Below, piece after piece: positions 24,849-36,083 of a stretch of 64,000 nt of DNA (its first letter is position 1; each line of letters opens with the position of its first letter). This DNA comes from Octopus sinensis (Eukaryota): the NCBI RefSeq assembly GCF_006345805.1, contig NC_043004.1, forward strand, positions 62,001-126,000, in the 5' to 3' direction. Position numbers and translations under genes: made by a program. The notes under the pieces are model-generated. The model did no database searches, was not told where the DNA came from, and was given only the letters and a program-made list of their open reading frames with translations.

Positions 24849-24994
24849 AAGAAGAAGAAGAAGAAGAAGAAGAAGAAAGAAGAAGAAAAGAAGAGAAGAA
24901 GAAGAAAGAAGAAGAAGAAGAAGAAGAAGGGGGATGAGGAGGAGGAAGAAGAGGAGGAGGAATTTGGCAGCGTAACCTCTACCCGAACAATTAT

Positions 24995-25039
24995 TCTGCG
25001 CTGATGAAGGGAAATAACCCGGAAATCGCGATACACAGA
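24995..25039 (+). ncRNA. Putative minimal type-I hammerhead ribozyme (Penelope-type)
   Basis: TCTGCG-CTGATGA-A-GGG(AAATAA)CCC-G-GAAA-TCGCGA-TA-CACAGA: exact CUGAUGA and GAAA cores, a 3-bp stem II, palindromic stem III ATCGCGAT, an AUA triplet, and stem I with 5 of 6 pairs. Confidence 0.6.
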
Positions 25040-25740
25040 TACTGTTTTGAGCTGAGTGGGGGTGCTAGATTCCCTTGTTCGAAAATATAAGAACACATAT
25101 CATGTCGTATAGCCAGCTGGTGACGATTCTCCTGGGGTTAAAAATTACAGCAACATTCGTCCTAAACCAGGACTGCCATATTATGTTGGCAAATAATCTT
25201 TATAATTTCTATATAAAGGATGTTGCGGGATAGAAGGAGTAAGACATTTTTGAAAGGGCTTTTCAAGGAAACTCGCCCTATTGCGATGACCGAATTGCCA
25301 GCGCTTCTCTAAAAATCAAAGGAAGCGCTCTTCTTTCCTTTTTCTTCCGACTAGCTTCGATGTACCCGGAGCAGGATGTACAAATGCACGTGGCCTAGTG
25401 TCGGCTTGAACGCAAAGACAATTGTTCAACGACATCGGCAAATTCGGCATGAACCCGGCGCGCTTTCTAAAATAACTTTTCAGACTCTCTCCCACTGATA
25501 CTAAAGAGCAGAATGTTACAACAATGTTTCGAGACATCTAAAGAGATCCGACCACCCAGCTCTGACCCGAGCATAGTCGACCGGCAAAGCAGATTTATTA
25601 TTATTATTATTATTATTATTATAATCATCATGATCATGATCATGATCATGATCATCATCCTCATCATCATCATCAGCAGCAGCAGCAGTAGCATCATCAT
25701 CATCATCATTATTATCATTGTTGTTGTTGTTGCTATTATT

Positions 25741-26294
25741 GGGTGAGAGAGTAGTGCATGCCATCAAATTGACATTGGGGTAAAATATACAAAGCCCAGT
25801 ACACCCATCATGACTACCCGTCTGATAAAGGTACACTAGGCACATGCAGCACAGCCAAATGTGCGCGATATGGTAATTTTATATCAAGATAAACAGCGCA
25901 TGAGCTTACAGGTGGGGTTCAGTTAGAATTTTCTTCTGACCGAGTAGCCCATCTCGCTCAAATGGTCCCTGAATAAGGGTTGTTTAAGGATGTTGAACGA
26001 AACACCCATGTTTCCAGTGGTGAATTATCCAAACCCAAAAGAATTCCTCTCAACACATGGCTATGATGCTCTCTCACTACTTCTCGTGATCAGAGATGCA
26101 CATATCGTCAGCCACTAAGGGACATGCTCAACTGGTTAAGGTCAAACAACTGACAAGCAAATCTGTGGTATTGAGCAGAATATTTGCTGTAGTCCATCTT
26201 TTATACAAAGACAAAACAATGTACATAATAACACTTCTAATCAGTTAAGATCAGAAGCCATCAGAGCCAGTGTCTGGTGCTGCATCAGGGCATT

Positions 26295-26295
<1 letters not shown>
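25741..26295 (-). mobile_element. Element D: ~550-bp non-coding element flanked by trinucleotide tracts
   Basis: Full-length homolog of 44148-44698 with the same two termini. No ORF and no tRNA-like head. Orientation is inferred. Confidence 0.8.
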
Positions 26296-26356
<61 letters not shown>

Positions 26357-26841
26357 CGTTATTCAGCGAAGCAGTTACACATGATAATAGACGGTGATAA
26401 GCTCTTCTGGCTTCATCAAGTATTACGTTTGTCAGTCAGTTAGCCACTCCACAGCCCAGTTCAGGTCAACACACAGCTGATGTTAAATGCCAAGTTTATC
26501 AGCAAAGCCTGATGGTGTTTGTGTAAACAAGTTGACAAATGTTCAAACTATCAGCGCTTGTCAGGAAACCCAGTCAAATGTTTTCGAAATCTCTCCTGGC
26601 AAGTCTTTTGACTGAAAATAGATTGACTGTTGCCGCTCGTTCAAAGATCTTCGGCTGCCATATCTAAATTAGTTTGTGTCCTTGTTTTATTAAATTTGTT
26701 CATTAACTAAAAATCTTTCTCAGCCGGGATCTCCATCACCCTTAGGTGGAGGGGCCATATAAAATTTTGCTAAAGCTTATGCGCAATAAATCGGTTATAA
26801 TTCTACAATACACAAAATGTTTTCACAATTTTCCTTTTTAT

Positions 26842-27013
26842 GAGTGGCTGTGTGGTAAGTAGCTTGCTTCCCAACCACATGGTTCTGGGTTCAGTCCCAT
26901 TGCGTGGCACCTTGGGCAAGTGTCTTCTACTATAGCCTCGGGCCAACCAAAGCCTTGTGAGTGGATTTGGTGAACGGAAACTGAAAGAAGCCCGTCGTAT
27001 ATATGTATATATA

Positions 27014-27046
<33 letters not shown>

Positions 27047-27050
27047 ATAT

Positions 27051-27136
<86 letters not shown>

Positions 27137-27402
27137 TTATGTATGTATGTATGTATGTATGTATGTATGTATGTATGCATGTGTATATGTTTGTGCGTCT
27201 GTGTTGTCCCCCCAACATCGCTTGACAACCGATGCTGGTGTGTTTACGTCCCCGTAACTTAGCGGTTCGGCAAAAGAGACCGGTAGAATAAGTACCAGGC
27301 TTACAAAGAATAAGTCCTGGGGTTGATTTGCTCGACTAAAAGGCGGTGCTCCAGCATGGCCACATTCAAATGACTGAAACAAGTAAAAGAGTAAATGAGT
27401 AA
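26842..27402 (+). mobile_element. SINE family A with long TA/TATG core
   Basis: Direct homology to other family A copies. Confidence 0.9.
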
Positions 27403-27741
27403 AACTGTTTAATTATAAAATTATAATAGGGTTCTTTTTAATGGCTATGTGGGTCCATCTGAGTAAAACAGGAATCCAAGAGATCGACAGAAAAAAACCC
27501 CATAAAAAATGGTTGACCACGGACAATAAATTTCGTTTTTAAATCCAACTTTTAAGGGCGAATGTAGATCTTAATTATCTCATAATACAATGATGCTCTG
27601 CAATTATATTTTTTACAACTTTTTGAGTGAAATCAGGTCAACGGAAACGGTATAGAAGGCCATCGGCTGGATTCATGCTAGGGTCTGTTATGAACCCTAA
27701 GACAAATAAGGCCGGAGCTTCACTCGATCTCCATGGCGTAT

Positions 27742-28871
27742 AAGTTATGGATGATTTAGTGATTTACTGCAAAACCCATGACGGCCAATATGATCAGAAC
27801 GGTTGAAAAAATAACAAAATAATCAAAAATGACACAGAGAATACTGGAATTATTTAATATTTAGTGTGAAGCCCTTTAACTTCAATCACACTTTGACATC
27901 TTCGACTGCATGAGGAAATTAAATTTTCAATTTCTTGCTAGGTGATATTATTCCATTCTTCCATAATTGCTCGGTTGTTTTAGGATTTCTGGCTTTCAAA
28001 CGTTCTCCTAGAATATTCCACACATTTTCAATAGGATTGAGATCTGGGCTTTGAGCAGGCCATCTTAGATTCATCACTGAAATGCACCGTTTGCCATTTT
28101 TCTTGAGACCACAACACATGTTCGGTTGCAAAGGTAAGACGACACTTTTTTAATTTTGGAGCTGATCAGTGGCTTCACTGCGGGTGATCTTGCTTGTAGG
28201 TTACGTTCAACTAAACGATGAGACACAGTTTTTAGAGATAACGTTTTCTTCAGTACAATGCTCATTTCCCGAGAAACAGCAGCAGCAGTTTTAAATCTGT
28301 CCTTTTTAACCAACTTTACCATAGCACGATCTTCTCTCTTGGTCGTTTTTCTTGGCCTACCTGTAGACTTTCTTGCTTCACACGAACCACAATCATCGAA
28401 GACCTTAAGAATACCGTGAACAACACTTTTTGACTTGTTAACAATCTTTGCAATATACCCAATACTTAGATTATCCTTCTTTCGAAGCTTAATAATCTGC
28501 TGACGAATTGGTAATGGAGTAAGTGGCATTATATTAACAAAGTACACTGCAGATATTCTTACTAATGTTTAGTAAACGAACCATCACGTAAACAAATTCA
28601 AAATATTAGAGTTCGCCGGTTAAATATACTAAAACACGGAGTAAAAGCAACCGTTCTGATCATTTTGGCCGCCATGGGTTTTGCAGTAAATCACTAAATC
28701 ATCCATAACTTTTGTATTATCCTCTCAAATTACACCAAAATCTCAGAAATTAACAATTAATATCGTATTTATTGTCTATGAAAATTATAGAATAGAAAAC
28801 AACTTTAATAAAAACTTATACCTACTTTTCTGGTGAAAACAATGCCGTTCTGGACATTTTGGCCGCAACTG
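27742..28871 (-). mobile_element. Tc1-like transposon with long IR/DR-type ends, internally deleted, left end truncated
   Basis: 64-bp inverted match 27742-27805 / 28648-28711 (2 mismatches). Outer terminus CCGTTCTGGACATTTTGGCCGCAACTG|TA at 28845-28873 repeats the inner motif. Confidence 0.85.
27870..28547 (-). pseudogene. Tc1 transposase pseudogene
   Basis: HTH region, GRPRKTT, VHFSDES and WPAQSPDLNPIENVW. The last two motifs are fused at about 28063, deleting the central DDE region. One earlier frameshift. Confidence 0.88.
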
Positions 28872-28891
28872 TATATACATATATATATATA

Positions 28892-28940
<49 letters not shown>

Positions 28941-29539
28941 TGTGTGTCTGTGTGTATCTGTAAATGTAATGTGTGACAATTATTCGGTAGCCATGATAAA
29001 ACTCCGAGTTTCGGATGCCGAGGTGGAAATGCACGCTGCCATCTCTTCAGTTATCCGGCCACCGGAAAAATACTTGTACTTGTGGTAACATTCACCCTGG
29101 GCGGGTTGAGTCGGCTTCTTCTACTCATGGAAGAAGTTTCATGGGAATATGAGGATTTCACAAGCGGTTCCCAACAATCCCGCATGTGGAGACATCTTGT
29201 TTGCCGCAGATTGTCCGCAGACGCAGGGACAGAACGACCGAGGAACCGCCGGTTGCCGAAGCAGACACTCCGAGGATTTTCACTAGAGCCCCGTCTGCCG
29301 GCTTGTCGCCCTAATACCACTCGGTGCCAGACCAATCGGCCTTGGGTGGTGCTACCAGGAACCGAAGTTCCCGACGGCATAGCTCTAACACTACCCGTTG
29401 CCAGCGTCCCCACCACGGTGAGGAGGAGATGGACTTGGGGACGCAAAAATACTATGAAAAAAATACATTTACAGATAAATTCCTCTATTTACATAATATC
29501 GAGGTATCTTTCATTATTTTGTTGTCTTACCATTTTTAT

Positions 29540-29626
<87 letters not shown>

Positions 29627-30194
29627 CAGAGACAGAGGAATATGCATATATATAAATGTGTGTATATTTATATGTGTCTGTATTTATATATCTGTGTGTA
29701 TTTGTGTGTGTGCGCGCTATGAAAACCGACCACGTCAGATATGCACACCGTTCTGATGATAATGCCGTAACCAATGACGTCATTACTAGTGACGAAGCTA
29801 CGTCGAAGCCCATGCTGTCACTTGTAATAAAAGACCTGTCGTTCAGCCATTAGCACAAAAATACATTTTTATACGACGCTGGAGGAATTCATAACAATGG
29901 CTGACGTCATTTGTAAAACTCATTGTTTCTGTTTCCGGTGTCTATGATGCCATTGAAATTATGATACGACAAGAAGGACAAGGATTTCAAGAGATATGTA
30001 GTTCTTTTTTTTTTAAAGTTTACCTTTCTCTTCTGTGGTTTTCTTGTAATAACGTTAGTTAGGGACAATGATGTAGGGATTAAACTGTCTCAACTCTAAA
30101 AGAAACACGGTTGTACAGTTTGTGTTTTTTTTTAAATTGTGATACGTATAATATTTTTTTTTATTTTTAAAGTATGATACTTATAATATCATTC

Positions 30195-30318
30195 TCTTTT
30201 GACAAGCCGCTAAGTTACGGGATGTGAACAAACCAATACCGATTGTCAAGTGGAAATGGGGGTGACAAACACAAAAATCCACACACATAGTTCTACATAT
30301 ATACACGCACACACACAC

Positions 30319-30351
<33 letters not shown>

Positions 30352-30960
30352 TGTATGTATCTATGTATGAATGTATGTGTGCGTATATATGTATGTATGT
30401 ATCTATGTATGAATGTATGTATGTATGTATGTATGTATGTATGTATGTATGTATGTATGTATGTATGTGCGTATCTATGTATGAATGTATGTGTGCGTAT
30501 ATATGTATGTATGTATGTATGTCGTTCAGTTTTATTTCTTGCCAATAGAGAAAGGACCGGTTTCTAACCTGGATTCAAGGCTCCTTCATTGGAATTTCAA
30601 CATCAACAACAGGGTATTTTTTTATGTATGTATGTATGTATGTATGTATGTATGTATGTATGTATGCATGTATGCATGTATGTATGTATGTATATATATA
30701 TATTTTTTTATGAATATGTATGTATATGTGTGTGTATGTGTGTGTTGATGTGTGTAAGTTGCTGTGCTGGTGAGTCTATATTCCAATAACTTAGCGTTTT
30801 GGTTGAAGACATCGATAGAATAAGTACCAGGCTGAAAAACAAACAAACAAATAAAAAGGTTCTGGTGTAGATTCATTCGACTAAAAATTCTTCAAAGCGG
30901 TGCCCCAGCACGGACACAGTCTTATGACTGCAACATATAAACGATAAAAGATAAAAGAAT
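30195..30960. mobile_element. Two SINE-A right arms in divergent orientation around a (TATG)n core containing element G
   Basis: Antisense arm 30195-30290, sense arm 30720-30960. Confidence 0.65.
30521..30623 (-). mobile_element. Element G, second copy, in (TATG)n
   Basis: Reverse complement of 9435-9543. Confidence 0.7.
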
Positions 30961-31580
30961 AAATAGATAAATAAATAAATACTCCCTGAAGTCTGGTAAT
31001 TACATTGATGACCTCCACCCCTTTCGGGTATCTTTTTGCAACTGCCACTCCCCAGTAATAGATATGCCGCTGTTTCGTTTTTTTTTTTATTTTCTTTTGT
31101 TACCAAAACGTAATGAATATAATAAAATGGAATGGAATTTACTAATTACATTAATGTCTGAAGTATTTTATCATTCAATTAACTTCTTATATCATTGAAT
31201 ATGGTTCTTTTTTTTTTTTTTTTTTGCTGAACGCACATGGCAAACGTAGCAGAGATAAACAGGAAACTGTGTATTAAGTAATCTGCTCTTTAACCATTTT
31301 AACTAAAAGTTGCATTAGTTTTAATTTCCAAAATCGTATTCTCTGTTGTCTTTAATCTCCCCCCAACTCACTTCGCTGCTATTAACAGCAAGTGTTGCAC
31401 TAAGTGTTAGCTCTTATTTCAGTCTTTTATGGCGTTAAGCTGCTGAAAGACATCCACAGGGCATTGTACAGGGCACTACTTAATTGAAAATGTTACCCAG
31501 AGAGGGTCTTCAGTTCGGTACTGTAGGTTTCAGATTTTCGTACAAGGCCTCTAAATTCCAGACCGATATTTACCATTGTT

Positions 31581-31814
31581 AAGGCGGCGAGCTGGCAGAA
31601 CCGTTAGCACGCCGGGCGAAATGCGTAGCCGTATTTCGTCTACCGTTACGTTCTGAGTTCAAATTCTGCCGAGGTCGACTTTGCCTTTCATCCTTTTCGG
31701 GGTCGATAAATTAAGTACCAGTTACGCACTGGGCTCGATGTAATCGACTTAATTCGTTTGTCTGTCCTTGTTTGTCCCCTCGATGTTTAGCCCCTTGTGG
31801 ATAATAAAGAAACA
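31581..31814 (+). mobile_element. SINE family B monomer with TSD, directly upstream of an older family B copy
   Basis: 16-bp TSD GATATTTACCATTGTT at 31565-31580 and 31815-31830. An older head starts at 31831. Confidence 0.88.
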
Positions 31815-32447
31815 GATATTTACCATTGTTAAGGCGGCGAGCAAGCAGACCAGAACAAAATGTTACAAAATGTAACAAAATATAACAATCTGTAACAGAG
31901 TCGAACATTGTTAGTGCGTCGAACAAAATGCTTAACAGCATTTATTCCGACTCATTATGTTCTGAGTTTGAATTCCGGCGAGTACCAATCAAGCACTGGG
32001 GTTGATATCATCGACCAGCCCCCTTTCCTAAACTTTGCTGACCACGTGATAAAGTTTGAAACAATCAATGGCGGCGGGCTGGCAGAATCCTCAGGGGGTC
32101 GGGAAAATGCAATGCAACTCTTACGTTCAAAGTTCAAATCCTGCTATGGTCAACTTTGCCTTCCACTTCGATAAAATAAAGTACTGAGAGGCGAAGCAAT
32201 CAACTGACCCCTTTCCGCAAAAATTGCTGGCATTGTATCAAAAATTGAAACAATTGTTATTATCTTTTCTTTTATCGTTTACCTGTTTTAGTCACTAGAC
32301 TGTGGCCATGCTGGAGCAGCACCTTGAAGAATTTTTAGTCAAATGAATCGATCTCAGTACGTTTTTTTAAAGCCTGACATTTATTCTATCGGCCTCCTTT
32401 TGCTAAACCGCTAAGTGACGGAGACGTTAAAAAATCAACACCGGTTG

Positions 32448-32508
<61 letters not shown>

Positions 32509-33045
32509 AATCAAAGGTAGCATCGAAAGAACACAACAAATAGGAACCAAAAAAGGTCACTGCATGCAGAAAAATAGACGATAGCACGACAAACGGAAGA
32601 CAGGACAAAAACAAGATTCACGGATTATTCGCAGCCGATTAGCTCATCAGTTGGAGTCCGGGAAGTTAATTTAGTTTTGCCCCCTTATCTCCTAGACTAC
32701 TCGAATTTCACGGGTGCCAGGGACTTAAGCTAAAAGCATTAATCCTCTGGGAAAGGCAAACAAATGTATACAAGGACGAAAACAGGAATAGAAACAAAAA
32801 CGAGAAAGCTAGAATTATACACGTATAACAGAATACCTTTCGGTTATACAACAAGACGGAAATAATTGTACAATTACAACATAATTAATAACAAAAATGG
32901 TCTTTCAACTATCAGACGTACGTAGGTAAGCTGGCGCAAAGACTAAGACTAAATGGAAAAATCTTAACACACCGGGCAGGAGGACAGACGAATGTGGTGG
33001 TATATATATATATATATATAATATATATATATATATACACACACA

Positions 33046-34337
33046 CTAGCAGAGATACCCGGCGTTGCCCGGTTACATTCAATTGAAGAATTAGACTTTT
33101 CTGTTATATCTTCTGTAATGACCTGGAATATCTGTGTTTCGAGTTTTATCAAAATTGCATATGAGGGTTATTTTCCTCTTTACACACCCTAAAAAATTGT
33201 AATCGTGCCACATGTATCCCATACTACTGATTTTTATGCGCATATTCCAAGATTCCAGTCTAATTAAACCTATTAAAAAGATTTTGCTCCTGAAAAATGA
33301 AGGTCATGGAGCTCTAAAATGTGAGAGTTAAGGCCCCTGTTGGGGGTGGGCATCTTAATGTCAACCAGAGAAGTTAAATTGTTGAAAATCTTGGGTCTTA
33401 TATCTATTGTTTGAATTTCTTTGAAAGAGGAAATATATGTTCACTGGGTTTGTAAAAGAGAGCAAAGCTACAGGAAACCAAAAGACGAATGATCACAATA
33501 AGCAGTCAGTTACCCTACCCTAGTCGTTACCACTCCCAATGTAGGATTCCTCACCATCCAGGTGACAGGCACAGCCGTAAGATGCATTACGAATCTATAG
33601 CAATTGGAAGAGCGTGACCCAACTGAAATCAACATTAACAACTGTGTGACGTGAGGGCTAAAGATAAATTAAAGTGTCACCTCTGGAGTTTGCAAATGAT
33701 CACTATACTGATACGTAACTGGACAGAATAAATTTAAAATCTATGTCTTTGAATAACCAGTCACTCATCTGGGAAGGCCTTGAAATCAATGTTACCATTT
33801 GGGGACTATGTGTAACCCAGTGATAATAAAAAGACTGAAATGACGTCTGCAATCAAATAACTTTACTCAACACTTTGGAACTGAATCAGTGGAGGCAAAG
33901 ATGCCTCTCATTTACTTGACAATTTATGCACCACAATGCAGAAATCACAATGTAAGTGTATGTCAAAGCAAACTGTTACACTGTTGTACCATTGAATTAG
34001 AAATAATGCCCAACTTTTATGGTCGGGTAACCCTACAGCTCCCAAGAGTACATCTGTATTCGTTTTTGCTTAGATAAAATGACAAAATTGTGCGTGCTAA
34101 GTCCCCATGGAGGGGTCTTTCTAACTTTGTAAGTAGATGAAATTTTATAAATATTACTTCAGCAAAAACAGCAAAAATATATGACTTGTCATGGGGGTTA
34201 TGGCCCTTATGCATAGAATTTAATTTCCAAATTTCATAAAGATCCATTCAGTACTTTTGACCTAGTTTTGGATCATAAAAGTAATGACTAAAATTTGGGA
34301 GTTAAGGCTCCCATTAGGGAGTTTTATATATATATGT
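33046..34337 (-). mobile_element. Non-autonomous Helitron 1
   Basis: The minus-strand 3' end is GC hairpin CCGGGCAACGCCGGG followed by ...CTAG|T. The 5' end resembles TCTATATATATAAAA but is degenerate. Confidence 0.65.
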
Positions 34338-34340
34338 ATA

Positions 34341-35850
34341 CTAGCATTATGACCCGTCGTTGCCGGGTCATAGTGCTAGTGCATGTACAGATGTATATAT
34401 ATGTGTACATATTACATGTACATCTATATATATACATCTACACATAAAATACAAAATAGAAAGTTATATCTTGATATCGCTAATGATAACAATACTCAAA
34501 ATATATAACAGACTGGAATTGTAGGCCCGTCTCTTGCAATTTTGATCAATTGTATCTTGTCCGCCCTCTTGTATAGAAGTGTGGCTACAATCCAGCCAAC
34601 CTCTACTTCTGAGGGGACATTTTTAATTTTTATCCGGGACGTCCTACGTCCCAGATATAAAGGTGAAAATAAAATATTTCCACTTTTCAAGGTTCGAGTC
34701 GAGTACTCCCTTGCACGCTCCGTTGACTCGAACCTTGGTTCTATTGTGGCGAATTTACCACGACTATCTTTCATAGTCGCACCAAGGCACTTTCGATGGT
34801 GCTTCCCTCCAGGTGTTCAAATCTTTTTTTTTCTCTACATTATATACTTTATAGACAATAGTCTTTTCTTTAATTTAATTTTTATTTCGTTTGGTGGTGT
34901 TATCATAGATTCACCGTCTTTGTCGGTGATCAATCCGTATTTCTCCCATTTTAATTTCAATGAGTTCGCACCGACGGCTGCAGCGAAATTCATTTTTGGA
35001 CTTTCTTCTATCGAAGGCATTCTAACAAAAATGCTACCGTGTAAACGGTGAAAATATTGTCAATTTCCCCAAACAGGGACACAATTCAATTTTTAAACAA
35101 TAGCCAAAGCTCCTTCTCCCAAAGGGGGAGGGTTACAGTTTACAATTATTTAACAAATGCAACACAACAATGTTTCCTTTACGAGGAACCAACAAACGTG
35201 ATAACAATAGTTAAACAGTAATAATAATAACAACAAACCTTAGTCCTTTATGTATAAGAAATAAACCAGCAGCAGTATTCTGTAGAATCGGCTGTTCGAG
35301 AAAACAGATATTACATACAGCCAAACTCCATATAGATACTTAATGCTAGCTAATTAGCAGATAATCTAATATAAAAGCACAACTCCATCTGGACTATTCC
35401 ATTTCTGCACGTTAAAATTATTTTTAATTTATTCCCATTCATGTGAAACCACTTATTCAAGTTCAAGTCATTGTTGCAATTTTATACCAATTGCTATTTT
35501 TACTTTTGTTATGTTACGATTATATTATACTTTAGTTTGATTTTAATTATTACTTACTACATACAATTCAATTGTTATTATTATTTTTATTGTTAAAGTG
35601 AAAGTATCTGACAAAAAATAGAGAAATATTTTTGTTTCACTTTTAACACGTAATACTGAAATAGTGGAGAAGATATGATATTGCTATGGGCTCGCTCTAG
35701 GCAAGAAGTTGAACATTTTTTTGCCCATGAAATTAGATGAACCCTAAGAAAGGCATGTGTAAAATTTGAATGAAATTGGTTGTGTAGTTCTCAAGTTTTA
35801 GGGATTCACACAGACAGACAGACACACATTCTCAGTTTCATATATATCGA
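34341..35850 (-). mobile_element. Non-autonomous Helitron 2, carrying a LINE ORF1-like fragment
   Basis: 5' TCGATATATATGAAACTGAGAATGTGTGTCTGTCTG. 3' 17-bp hairpin ending CTAG|T. Confidence 0.72.
34496..35020 (-). pseudogene. Decayed fragment resembling L1/Tx1-type ORF1 (RRM-like)
   Basis: One frame with two stops: ...SRGKFATIEPRFESTERAREYSTRTLKSGNILFSPLYLGRRTSRIKIKNVPSEVEVGWIVATLL. Assigned by motif resemblance only. Confidence 0.45.
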
Positions 35851-35854
35851 CATA

Positions 35855-36040
35855 CTAGCATTATGACCCTGTGTACAGTCCCCTCAATGTTGCCCAGAGC
35901 GTGCTCTGGTCGCCATAGCGTCGACTGTGGGCTGGTAGCTGTGTACAGTCGCCCCAATGTCGGTTCATAGTGCTAGTTGGTATAAATTTGTAAAATTTAA
36001 AATTTGGGGTAATAAAACATACATTGACATATTAAAAAGA
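35855..36040 (-). mobile_element. 3' end of non-autonomous Helitron 3 (same family as 2)
   Basis: ACTAGCATTATGACCC...CGGTTCATAGTGCTAGT arms at 35854-35869 and 35961-35977. Confidence 0.65.
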
Positions 36041-36083
36041 CGAATTAAAATTCCAGAGAAAAATACATAGAAGATAAATATAT

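Noticed and set aside
32615-32660. Minus-strand CTGATGAGC...GCGAATA as a hammerhead
   Set aside because: Only a 2-bp stem II, altered GAAA and no stem I.
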